Source of the DNA: Nitrososphaerota archaeon
GTDB lineage: Archaea; Thermoproteota; Nitrososphaeria_A; Caldarchaeales; Calditenuaceae
Assembly (NCBI GenBank): GCA_033581555.1
Contig: JAVQSZ010000004.1
Location: 32,001-96,000, forward strand
Length of the DNA: 64,000 bases
Direction: 5' to 3'
Shown piece by piece: positions 56,263 through 64,000 of the stretch (position 1 is the first letter of the stretch; every line of letters begins with the position of its first letter). A model generated the notes under the pieces. That model worked only from the letters and a program-made list of their open reading frames with translations. It did not search any database and was not told where the DNA came from. The position numbers and the translations under genes are program-made.

Positions 56263-57183
56263 GTGGGAAGGGTCCTAGTGGCCTGCAGGCTCGACGGGGC
56301 CGGAGTCGAGATGATGAGGGATGCCGGACTCGAGGTCGTCTACAGGGAGGACATCACGCAAGAGGAGTTCGACAAGGTCTACTCCGACTACGACGCGGTG
56401 ATCGTGAGGAGCAACGTCATGGTCAGGCCGGTCAAGGGGAGGGGGAACCTCAAGGTGGTCGTGAGGGCAGGGGTCGGGCTCGACAACGTCGACGTCGCAG
56501 GGTTCTCGGGGCTGGGGGTCAAGGTGCTCAACACCCCCGAGGCCGTCACGAGGGCGGTTGCCGAGCTGACGATTGGGCTGATGCTCTGCCTCGCGAGGGA
56601 CATCGTGAGGCTCGCCTCGGACCTGAAGGAGGGGAAGTGGTCGAAGGCGCGGGCTCACGGGATCGAGCTCTCCGGGAAGACGGTCGGGGTCGTCGGGTGC
56701 GGGAGGATAGGAAGAGAGGTCGCGAGGATCGCGAGGGCCTTCGGGATGAGGATCCTGGTGAACGACGTCATTGAGGTCCCGAGGTCCTTCCTCGAGGAGG
56801 TGGGGGCCAGGCAGGTCGACCTCGAGACGCTCCTGAGGGAGTCGGACTTCGTGACCGTCCACGTCCCCCTCGACCCGAGCACGAAGGGGCTCATCGGCGA
56901 GAAGGAGCTGAGGTCGATGAAGCGGACCGCCTTCCTGATCAACACCTCGAGGGGCGGGGTGGTCGACGAGGGTGCGCTGAAGAGGGCCCTCAACGAGGGG
57001 TGGATCGCGGGTGCAGCGCTCGACGTCTTCTCGAAGGAGCCTCCGGAGGACCTCGAGCTCCTCCGGCACCCGAGGCTGATCCCTACCCCGCACGTCGGCG
57101 CGCAGACATCGGAGGCCCAGAGGGCCGCCGGGATCGAGGCCGCGAAGCTAGTGATCTCGGAGCTCGGTACGCGGCGAATGTAG
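56263..57183 (+). CDS. serA: D-3-phosphoglycerate/D-2-hydroxyacid dehydrogenase
   Basis: RAGVGLDNVD, AVAEL, GCGRIG, INTSRG, AALDVF..EP and PHVGAQT; no ACT domain. Confidence 0.78.
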   Translation: MGRVLVACRLDGAGVEMMRDAGLEVVYREDITQEEFDKVYSDYDAVIVRSNVMVRPVKGRGNLKVVVRAGVGLDNVDVAGFSGLGVKVLNTPEAVTRAVAELTIGLMLCLARDIVRLASDLKEGKWSKARAHGIELSGKTVGVVGCGRIGREVARIARAFGMRILVNDVIEVPRSFLEEVGARQVDLETLLRESDFVTVHVPLDPSTKGLIGEKELRSMKRTAFLINTSRGGVVDEGALKRALNEGWIAGAALDVFSKEPPEDLELLRHPRLIPTPHVGAQTSEAQRAAGIEAAKLVISELGTRRM

Positions 57184-57232
57184 CGGATACGCGGGCGAAA
57201 GGACAATTATAGGGCGGGACCGACTCCGTGAC

Positions 57233-58651
57233 GTGAGGCGAGGGAGAGAGCTGGCTCTGGTCGGGCTATTGGTGGTCGCGTTGGCGCTGAGCCTCGACTC
57301 CGTTCAGGCCTCGAACTTCATCAGCTCGGTCCACGACGACAGGTTAACCGTAACGCTCACTTACCCTGCGGAGGTCAAGAGGGGCTCCTGCTTCCAGGTC
57401 AGGGTCGAAGCATTCGCCCACGAGCCGCTCTCCAAGCTGAACCTTACTGTCAGGCTCGAGCTGCGCTCTGGTGCGACGGTCATCGTCCTCCTTTCGGCGC
57501 CGGTAGTTACGCTCTGGTCGGGCTCTCCAGGTCCGGTGATGAACACCCACGTAGGGGCCTGCGTGACCACCTCGCACCCAATCGGTGTTATAGTGGCGAG
57601 GCTCTACTTCGAGTACCTTCACTCCGGGACCGAGTTCAACCTGACGAACCTCTTCCAGATGTCGTTCGTGAGGGACCAGACCTATGAGGAGTTAGCGGCC
57701 CTCCTGAGTTCGGCGGCCTCCGAGGTGAACAGCCTCCGCAACGCTCTGAACGAGGCGATGAGGACGATCGGGTCGCTCACGGAGGAGGTAAGGAGGCTCA
57801 GGTCGGAGCTGGAGAGGAGCAGGACCGAAGTCGCTGCGCTCCTGAGGGAGAAGTCAGAGCTCGAGAGCAGGCTCCAATCCCTGAACGCCCTCTACGAGAG
57901 GCTGAGGAGGGACTACGAGTCCCTCCAGTCGAGCCACGAGAGGCTCCTAAGGGAGCATGCGGCGCTCCAGAGCGCGGAGGCTTCCCTGAGGAGGTCCTAC
58001 GAGGAGCTCGTGAAAGCCCACCGCGACCTTCAGAGGGACTTCGCGTCCCTTCAGGAGGCCTACGCGAGGCTCCGGGAGGAGCACTCTACACTGAGGGCGC
58101 TCCATGAGGACCTAAGGGCCAGACACGAGAGGCTGAGCGCGGCCTACGAGGAGTCGGTGAGGACCGCGGGCTCTTTGAGCGGGGCCCTCGAGGAGAAGGC
58201 GAGGCAGGTCGAGGTCTTGACGGCAATGCTCGACGGAGCCCTCAGGGAGAGGGCGATCTTCAGCAACATCGTGATAGGGCAAGCGCTGGGGCTCGGAGGA
58301 CTTGGAGCCCTGTACCTGCTCGAACGCAGGAGGAGGGCCGGTAAGGGCGCTACGGGACAGACCTCGACGGCTAGCAACGGCGCCTCAGGTCCCCCGTCCC
58401 CCGAGAACGGTAACGGCGACAGCGAGTCCCTCGTCCAAAGAGTGATATCGGGCAGGAGGATAACGATACCGAAGTCGATCGCGGAGAGGCTAGGGATCAA
58501 GGTCGGAGACCTCGTCGAGCTCTCGCTCGCTAACGGACACGTTTCCATCAAGCCGATCTCCCAAGCTACGCAGACTAAGCAGCAGCCCGAGACATCAGAG
58601 CAGCAACGGCAGTCGTCAGATCGTCAACCCGAGGGCACCAAGAGCAAGTAA
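57233..58651 (+). CDS. Exported coiled-coil membrane protein with C-terminal AbrB/SpoVT-type domain
   Basis: Signal peptide, beta-rich domain, ~190-aa heptads, one TM, then GRRITIPKSIAERLGIKVGDLVEL. Confidence 0.8.
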   Translation: MRRGRELALVGLLVVALALSLDSVQASNFISSVHDDRLTVTLTYPAEVKRGSCFQVRVEAFAHEPLSKLNLTVRLELRSGATVIVLLSAPVVTLWSGSPGPVMNTHVGACVTTSHPIGVIVARLYFEYLHSGTEFNLTNLFQMSFVRDQTYEELAALLSSAASEVNSLRNALNEAMRTIGSLTEEVRRLRSELERSRTEVAALLREKSELESRLQSLNALYERLRRDYESLQSSHERLLREHAALQSAEASLRRSYEELVKAHRDLQRDFASLQEAYARLREEHSTLRALHEDLRARHERLSAAYEESVRTAGSLSGALEEKARQVEVLTAMLDGALRERAIFSNIVIGQALGLGGLGALYLLERRRRAGKGATGQTSTASNGASGPPSPENGNGDSESLVQRVISGRRITIPKSIAERLGIKVGDLVELSLANGHVSIKPISQATQTKQQPETSEQQRQSSDRQPEGTKSK

Positions 58652-58731
58652 GCGGTGAGGCCTCTGGGCCCGATCGGAGACTGGAGGGGAGGCAGTCGGT
58701 TTGTGGTTAGGGTTAATGCTTGAGGCCCGGG

Positions 58732-59676
58732 TCAGGCCTTCGTCTCGACGAGCAGCCGGTCGACCTCCTCCTGGGCCTGCCTGACCTTCTCGACGCTCCT
58801 CTCGAGCTCCGCCCTCTCGTCTGGGTCGAGGTCGATCTCAATTACCTTCTTGACCCCCTCGCTCCCCAGGACCGCGGGCACGACCGAGCAGACCCCGCTG
58901 AACCCGTACTCCCCCTGGAGGTAGTAGGAGACTGGGACGACGAGGTCCCTGTCCCTGACGATCGCCTCGACCATCACCGCAGCTCCCGCACCCGGCGCGT
59001 GGCTCGCGGACCAGCCCTTCAGCGAGATGACCTTCGCCCCCATCCCCCTCGTCTCCCTCACGATCTCCTCGACCTTCTCCCTGCTCAGGAGGTCGGTCAA
59101 CCTCCTCCCGCCGATCGAGGTCTTCTTCGGCAGGAGGACCATCGAGTCGCCGTGCTCGCCGAGGATCGGCGCCTCGATCGAGTTCCAGGAGACACCGAGG
59201 GCCTTCGCGATCAGGGTCTTGTACCTCCCGACGTCGAGGAGGCCGCTGAACCCCATCACCCTGTTCCTCTCAAAGCCCGTGTGCCTAAGGGCGACGTAGG
59301 TCATGACGTCGAGCGGGTTCGTGACCACGATCACCTTGGACTTCGGCGCGTGCTCCCTGATCTTGAGCGATACGTCCCTGATTATCCCTGAGTTCTTCGT
59401 GAGGAGGTCCATCCTGGTCATGTCGGCCCTCCTGATGAAGCCGGCCGTCACCACCACGACCTCCGAGCCCTCTATGTCCCTATAGTCGTTGGTCCCAGTG
59501 TACTCGACGTCGAGCCCGAGGATCGCAGCCATGTGGTTCAGGTCGAGCGCCTCTCCCTGGGGAAGGCCCTGGACTATGTCTACCAGCACGACGTCCCCGA
59601 GGGACTTGAGACCGATGTGGAGCGCGGCCGAGGTCCCCACCCTACCACTACCGATCACGGAGATCTTGGGCCTCAA
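58732..59676 (-). CDS. mdh: Malate dehydrogenase (LDH-like)
   Basis: IGSGRVG, GEALD, TAG..R..MTRMDL, VTNPLD, GEHGDSM. Confidence 0.92.
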   Translation of the reverse strand: MRPKISVIGSGRVGTSAALHIGLKSLGDVVLVDIVQGLPQGEALDLNHMAAILGLDVEYTGTNDYRDIEGSEVVVVTAGFIRRADMTRMDLLTKNSGIIRDVSLKIREHAPKSKVIVVTNPLDVMTYVALRHTGFERNRVMGFSGLLDVGRYKTLIAKALGVSWNSIEAPILGEHGDSMVLLPKKTSIGGRRLTDLLSREKVEEIVRETRGMGAKVISLKGWSASHAPGAGAAVMVEAIVRDRDLVVPVSYYLQGEYGFSGVCSVVPAVLGSEGVKKVIEIDLDPDERAELERSVEKVRQAQEEVDRLLVETKA

Positions 59677-59722
59677 TTGGCCTCGATACGTCCGGTGGTG
59701 TGCCGCTAGAAATAGGTGAGCG

Positions 59723-61057
59723 TCAGGCGGTCGGCCTCGTGAACCGCACGTCCCTAACCAGGAGGTAGGGGGCCCTTACCGGCGTCTCGACCTCCCACCA
59801 CTTTATCGGGAACTTCTCCGAGGAGACCTCCTCGACGTTCCTGAGGAGACGGAGGAAGTTGTCGGAGAGCCTGAGTCCCTTCACCGCGTGCTCGATCGTC
59901 CCTCCCCTGACCAGGAAGAGGCCGTCCCTGGTGATGGTCGAGAAGTCGCCCCTGCTGATGTCCTGGTAGCGGAGGTACCAGTCGTTGGTCACGAAGATCC
60001 CCCTGTCGAGCTTCGAGAGGAGCTTGCTGAAGGGCGAAGTCCCTCCCTCGACGACCAGGTTGAACGGCTGGGGAACGATCAGCCCCGCGTTCCCCGTCGA
60101 GGAGGTCTCGAACTTCCTCGCGGTCGCGCTGTTGTGGAGGTAGCTCCTGAGGACGCCGGCGTCGACGATGACGGTCCTCCTCGTAGGGAGGCCCTCCTCG
60201 TCAAAGGGCTCGGCGCCGTAGGCGCTGGGGACCGTCGGGTCGTCGACCAGTGTGAGCGCCCTCGACGAGACCTCCTTCCCGAGGAGCCCCGCGAGGAAAG
60301 ACATCCCGCTATCGACGTAGAATGCGGAGGCGACCGACCCGACCTCTTCGAGGAGATTCGCGGAAGTCATCGGGCCTATCACCGCGTCGTAGTTCCCCTC
60401 CGGCACATCCTTCGGGTCCTTCGCGGCCTTCGCGACCTCTCCCGCCTCCCTCCCCACCTGCTCAGGGTCGAACTCGGAGAGGTTCCCGGTCCCTACGGCG
60501 AACTGGCCGCTCGACTCGCCGTCCAGGAACGCCCTGACAGAGAGCTCGATCGTGTCCTTGTGGGCCTCGGCCTCGACGCCCCCTGTCGTGACGAGGCTCC
60601 TGTGGGTCCTGGTGAGGACGAGGGAGCCCGCGACCCTGCTCGCACCGGCGCTCAGCGCCGCGTTAACCGCTGCCTCAACCGAGTCGACCAGCTTCTCCCT
60701 CCCGATCCCCTTCAGTCTCATGTCGAGCAGCCTCGGGTCGTAAGTGAAGGGGCCCGAGGGCAGGGGCGCGTAGAGGTCTGAGGGCGGCGTGCTCCTCGCG
60801 AGCCTCAGCGCGTCCCTCACGAGCGACTTCAGACCGGAGGCAGTCACGTCGGTCGTCCCGGTCACAGCCCTCTGGGGCCCGAAGGACACGTAGAGCGAGA
60901 CGCTCTCCTCCTCGAACCTCTTCGAGACCGTTACCTCGTTGTTCGCGAACCTGATCATGTAGGTCGTCGTGGTGAAGGACTCCACCGCGCAGTCGGTCGC
61001 GCCCTCCGCCTTCACGGCCTTGATCAAGGCCTTCGCCCTCCTCGAGCTCAGGACCAA
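59723..61057 (-). CDS. TldD/PmbA family protein (PmbA/TldE-like)
   Basis: IRFANN, FDEEG, YLHN, STGNAG and GDFST. Confidence 0.9.
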   Translation of the reverse strand: MVLSSRRAKALIKAVKAEGATDCAVESFTTTTYMIRFANNEVTVSKRFEEESVSLYVSFGPQRAVTGTTDVTASGLKSLVRDALRLARSTPPSDLYAPLPSGPFTYDPRLLDMRLKGIGREKLVDSVEAAVNAALSAGASRVAGSLVLTRTHRSLVTTGGVEAEAHKDTIELSVRAFLDGESSGQFAVGTGNLSEFDPEQVGREAGEVAKAAKDPKDVPEGNYDAVIGPMTSANLLEEVGSVASAFYVDSGMSFLAGLLGKEVSSRALTLVDDPTVPSAYGAEPFDEEGLPTRRTVIVDAGVLRSYLHNSATARKFETSSTGNAGLIVPQPFNLVVEGGTSPFSKLLSKLDRGIFVTNDWYLRYQDISRGDFSTITRDGLFLVRGGTIEHAVKGLRLSDNFLRLLRNVEEVSSEKFPIKWWEVETPVRAPYLLVRDVRFTRPTA

Positions 61058-61148
61058 GCCCCCTCGAGGGTCCTCGCGGCCAGGAGGTAAAAAGCCGATC
61101 GGGAGGCTACAGGTTCATAGGAGCGGGAGGCCGGGTTAGGGCAGGAGG

Positions 61149-62675
61149 ATGCTCTTCGCGGTCAGGTATCCGGTCGCGTCGAGGAGGGGCGTTTACCGGG
61201 AGAGGCTGGAGGTCGTCAGGTCGAGGGACGGCGCGCTCAGCACGTCCTCCGAGGAGGGCCTCAGGAGGGTGGTCGTGGACGTCGCGACGCTCACGGCTGA
61301 CGTGAGGAGGTCCGCGTACGGAGAGGTGCTCGCTGCGAGGCTCCTGACGCCGTTTGAGGCGGAGGGCGACCTCAGGGCGCTCCGGTCGCTGCTCAATGCG
61401 TACGTCAGGAGGTCGGTGGAGGACTCGCTGGTGGACATCCAGAGGGACTACGGGAGGGCCGCCGAGGAGTTGCTGATCGACCCGAGCCACTTCGTCCTGA
61501 GGAAGGTCAGGGGGCTAGTCGCGCTCTACCCGCCGCTCTGGAGGGTCCTCTGGTGGGCCTCGAGGTCCTCGACGAACATGGAACTGCTGAGGAGGGTGGC
61601 GGAGAACTTCAGGCCGGTGCTCGAGGAGCTAGTGAGAGAGGGCAGGCTTATCGCGGACGAATCTACGGGCCTTTACAGGATCGCGAGGGGAACCGGAAGG
61701 GAGGAGGTCGGCGCGTCGAGGGGGGCTGGGTTGGTGAGGAGGCTCGAGTCGCTCTTGATCCCCGGAAGGCTCGGCGTCGGTCTCCCGAGGCTCGTCTTCG
61801 AGGAGGCCATCGAGGGCGGATGGGAGGCGACGCTCCCGCCGGACCCGGAGGAGGCGCTCTCGATCAGGACCGAGACCGGGCTTCAGCCGCTCGCCTTTGA
61901 GGGCGATGTCGCGGAGTTCGTCAAGAGGCTCTGCGGAGGCGGCGTCGACTCCGTCAGGGTCCAGAGAGCCGGCTGGCTCTTCAACTCGACCTACCTCGTC
62001 GAGGTCGAGCAGGGCGGCGACGTGAGGAGGCTCTTCGTGAAGAGGTACCTCGCGTGGACCGACGTCAAGTGGGTCGCAGCGAAGCTCTGGTCATTTCCGC
62101 TCAGGAACTTCCACCTCTCGCCGACCGTGAGGCTCAGCAACGAGCTCTTCTTCATCTCGTACCTGAGGGAGAGGGGATTGAGGACGCCGCACGTCTACGG
62201 CGTGAGCTGGAGGAAGAGGGTCCTCCTCGAGGGTGCGATACAGGGGAGGTCGTTGAGGGAGCTCTGGACCTCCGACGGCGTTGAGGATGACTCGCTCGGG
62301 GAGGCGACGGTCAATTCCGGTGAGGCCGTTGCGAGGGCCCACTCGATGGGCGTGACGCTCGGCGACTGCAAGCCCGACAACGTGATCGTCGACCAGAGGG
62401 GACAGGTCTGGCTGGTGGACCTCGAGCAAGCGTCGCTGGGCGGTGACAAGGCCTGGGACGTGGCCGAGTTCGTCCTCTTCACCGCGAGGTACCTGGACCT
62501 GAGGAGGATCAGGGAGTTCGCGAGGCTCTTCGGGGAGGGCTACCTGAGGCACGGCAACCCCAGGGACGTCGAGAGGGCCCTGGACCCGAAGTACGTCCTG
62601 GTGATGGTCCCGGTCTCGCCGGTCTGGACTCAGGTCGCTGCGCTCGAGGGGCTAAGGAGCGCCCTCCGCACGTGA
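61149..62675 (+). CDS. Atypical kinase (Bud32/RIO/Kdo-like C-domain) with uncharacterised N-domain
   Basis: LFVKRY, NE helix, LGDCKPDN, WLVDLEQA and KAWDVAEF. Confidence 0.75.
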   Translation: MLFAVRYPVASRRGVYRERLEVVRSRDGALSTSSEEGLRRVVVDVATLTADVRRSAYGEVLAARLLTPFEAEGDLRALRSLLNAYVRRSVEDSLVDIQRDYGRAAEELLIDPSHFVLRKVRGLVALYPPLWRVLWWASRSSTNMELLRRVAENFRPVLEELVREGRLIADESTGLYRIARGTGREEVGASRGAGLVRRLESLLIPGRLGVGLPRLVFEEAIEGGWEATLPPDPEEALSIRTETGLQPLAFEGDVAEFVKRLCGGGVDSVRVQRAGWLFNSTYLVEVEQGGDVRRLFVKRYLAWTDVKWVAAKLWSFPLRNFHLSPTVRLSNELFFISYLRERGLRTPHVYGVSWRKRVLLEGAIQGRSLRELWTSDGVEDDSLGEATVNSGEAVARAHSMGVTLGDCKPDNVIVDQRGQVWLVDLEQASLGGDKAWDVAEFVLFTARYLDLRRIREFARLFGEGYLRHGNPRDVERALDPKYVLVMVPVSPVWTQVAALEGLRSALRT

Positions 62676-62762
62676 GGCCTCCGCGATCTTTGACCTTTAG
62701 ATGCCCGGTGCGTCCACCGCTTCAACGGCTTTATCTATCAGCCCGGGGAGGCTTCGGCCGGA

Positions 62763-62930
62763 ATGGGGCTCAGGGACTTCGTCAGGTCGACGGTCGTCCT
62801 CTTCAGGGTCTCGAGGAAGCCCTCGAGGGAGGAGTACTTCGTCTTAGCGAGGATCGTCCTGATCGGGGTCGCGCTGCTCGGCCTGATCTCGATGGTCATC
62901 AGGTTCGTCTTCCTCGCGGTCCTGGGGTGA
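62763..62930 (+). CDS. secE: Protein translocase subunit SecE/Sec61-gamma
   Basis: Manual translation MGLRDFVRSTVVLFRVSRKPSREEYFVLARIVLIGVALLGLISMVIRFVFLAVLG*; directly upstream of spt5. Confidence 0.92.
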   Translation: MGLRDFVRSTVVLFRVSRKPSREEYFVLARIVLIGVALLGLISMVIRFVFLAVLG

Positions 62931-62936
62931 GGGGGC

Positions 62937-63374
62937 TTGGGTAAGCTCTACGCGGTCAGGACGACGGTCGGGCAGGAGAGGAACGTCGCCCAGCTGATCT
63001 GGGGGAGGATCGAGCCCGGGTCGAGGGACGTCCACGCGATCGTCACTCTCCCCAACCTGAAGGGCTTCGTCTTCGTCGAGGGCGCGGAGAGGGACAGGGT
63101 CGCGGTCCTGGTGAGGGAGCTGAGGCACGTGAAGTCGCGAGGGATCGTCCAGATATCGCACGAGGAGGTCCTCAGGCACATGGTCGAGAGACCGCTGATC
63201 GAGACGATATCGGAGGGGATGACTGTCGAGGTCGTCGCTGGTCCCTTCAAGGGGTTCACGGGCAAGGTCACCAGGGTCGACAGGATCAGGAAGGAGGTAA
63301 CGCTCGAGCTCCTCGAGAGCAGCTACCCGTTCCCGATCTCGATACCCGTTAACCAGGTCAAGCCCGCCCAGTAG
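62937..63374 (+). CDS. spt5: Transcription elongation factor Spt5 (NusG)
   Basis: YAVRTTVGQE, KGFVFVE and KOW motif VEVVAGPFKG. Confidence 0.96.
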   Translation: MGKLYAVRTTVGQERNVAQLIWGRIEPGSRDVHAIVTLPNLKGFVFVEGAERDRVAVLVRELRHVKSRGIVQISHEEVLRHMVERPLIETISEGMTVEVVAGPFKGFTGKVTRVDRIRKEVTLELLESSYPFPISIPVNQVKPAQ

Positions 63375-63385
63375 GTAGGTCCGCG

Positions 63386-63883
63386 ATGGGCTTCAGGGAT
63401 CTCCTCTCGGAGGTCTCCCTGAACGGCCGCAAGGTCGTCCAGTTCGGCTTCGCCGGGGTCGCGGCCCAGAGCGACGTGGTCAGGGCGATCGGGAGCGATG
63501 GGGAGCTGCTGGTACTAGTGAACAGCGAGAGGCTCAGGTCGAAGGCCGAGGCTTCCCTCCACGGGACCGGGCTGAAGCACAGGGTCGTTTACTCTCCGGT
63601 GATCGAGCACAACCCGGAGCTCGCGCCTTCGAGCTTCGACGCAGCCCTCTTCTTGAACGCGCTGGTCTCTGTGAGGGGGAAGAGGGAGCTGGTCAACGAG
63701 GCCTACAGGCTGCTCGGGCCGGGGTCGGGCGCGGTCGTTTACGAGTGCTACTGGCCGACGGCCTTCGGGCTCAGACGGACGTTGAGGAGGGTGCTGACGG
63801 AGAGGCCGGTCTTCAGGGTGAAGAAGATGAGTGTGGGGCTCGACACGCTGACCGCGGTCCTCGAGAAGGCGAGAGGGCCTTGA
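63386..63883 (+). CDS. Class I SAM-methyltransferase-like protein (degenerate motif I)
   Basis: SSFDAALF and EAYRLLGPG; motif I reads QFGFAG. Confidence 0.55.
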   Translation: MGFRDLLSEVSLNGRKVVQFGFAGVAAQSDVVRAIGSDGELLVLVNSERLRSKAEASLHGTGLKHRVVYSPVIEHNPELAPSSFDAALFLNALVSVRGKRELVNEAYRLLGPGSGAVVYECYWPTAFGLRRTLRRVLTERPVFRVKKMSVGLDTLTAVLEKARGP

Positions 63884-64000
63884 CGCAGCTTGAGCTCCTC
63901 CTGTTGGGGTTCGCGCTCCTGCTGGCAGGGGCCTTCCTGCTCCTCCTCGCGCTTATCGGTCAGGCCAGAGCGCCCCGCGAAGGCGGGTCTGAGGGGTTCG
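63880..64000 (+). CDS. Small membrane protein, possibly DUF131 (truncated by window end)
   Basis: TTG overlaps the upstream stop; MTQLELLLLGFALLLAGAFLLLLALIG...EGGSEGF. Confidence 0.55.
   Translation, partial: MTQLELLLLGFALLLAGAFLLLLALIGQARAPREGGSEGF

Overview
High-GC archaeal chromosomal window, densely coding, with mostly housekeeping genes. The gene set (GatDE, CarS, Tes, FBP aldolase/phosphatase, Pcc1, Rpp30/Pop5, Spt5, DtdA) fits a thermophilic TACK archaeon; Caldarchaeales/'Aigarchaeota'-like is my inference only. I saw no rRNA, tRNA, CRISPR array or transposase. Main points of interest: (1) a continuous minus-strand gene run (47643->36840) converging on tetraether synthase Tes, encoding an alkyl-DHAP-synthase-like flavoprotein, an FGGY kinase, a GlpA-type G3P dehydrogenase pair, a PIG-N/G-like membrane phosphotransferase and a Gaa1-like M28 membrane protein; (2) a surface coiled-coil protein with a cytoplasmic AbrB DNA-binding domain; (3) a divergent Met-rich cupredoxin/membrane-protein pair sharing an upstream motif; (4) an unannotated box C/D sRNA and a 41-aa Cys-rich microprotein; (5) a haloarchaeal-type phosphomevalonate decarboxylase; (6) an AT-rich patch (~32860-34960) with decayed and frameshifted genes. 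All calls come from motif recognition by eye; no searches were run.
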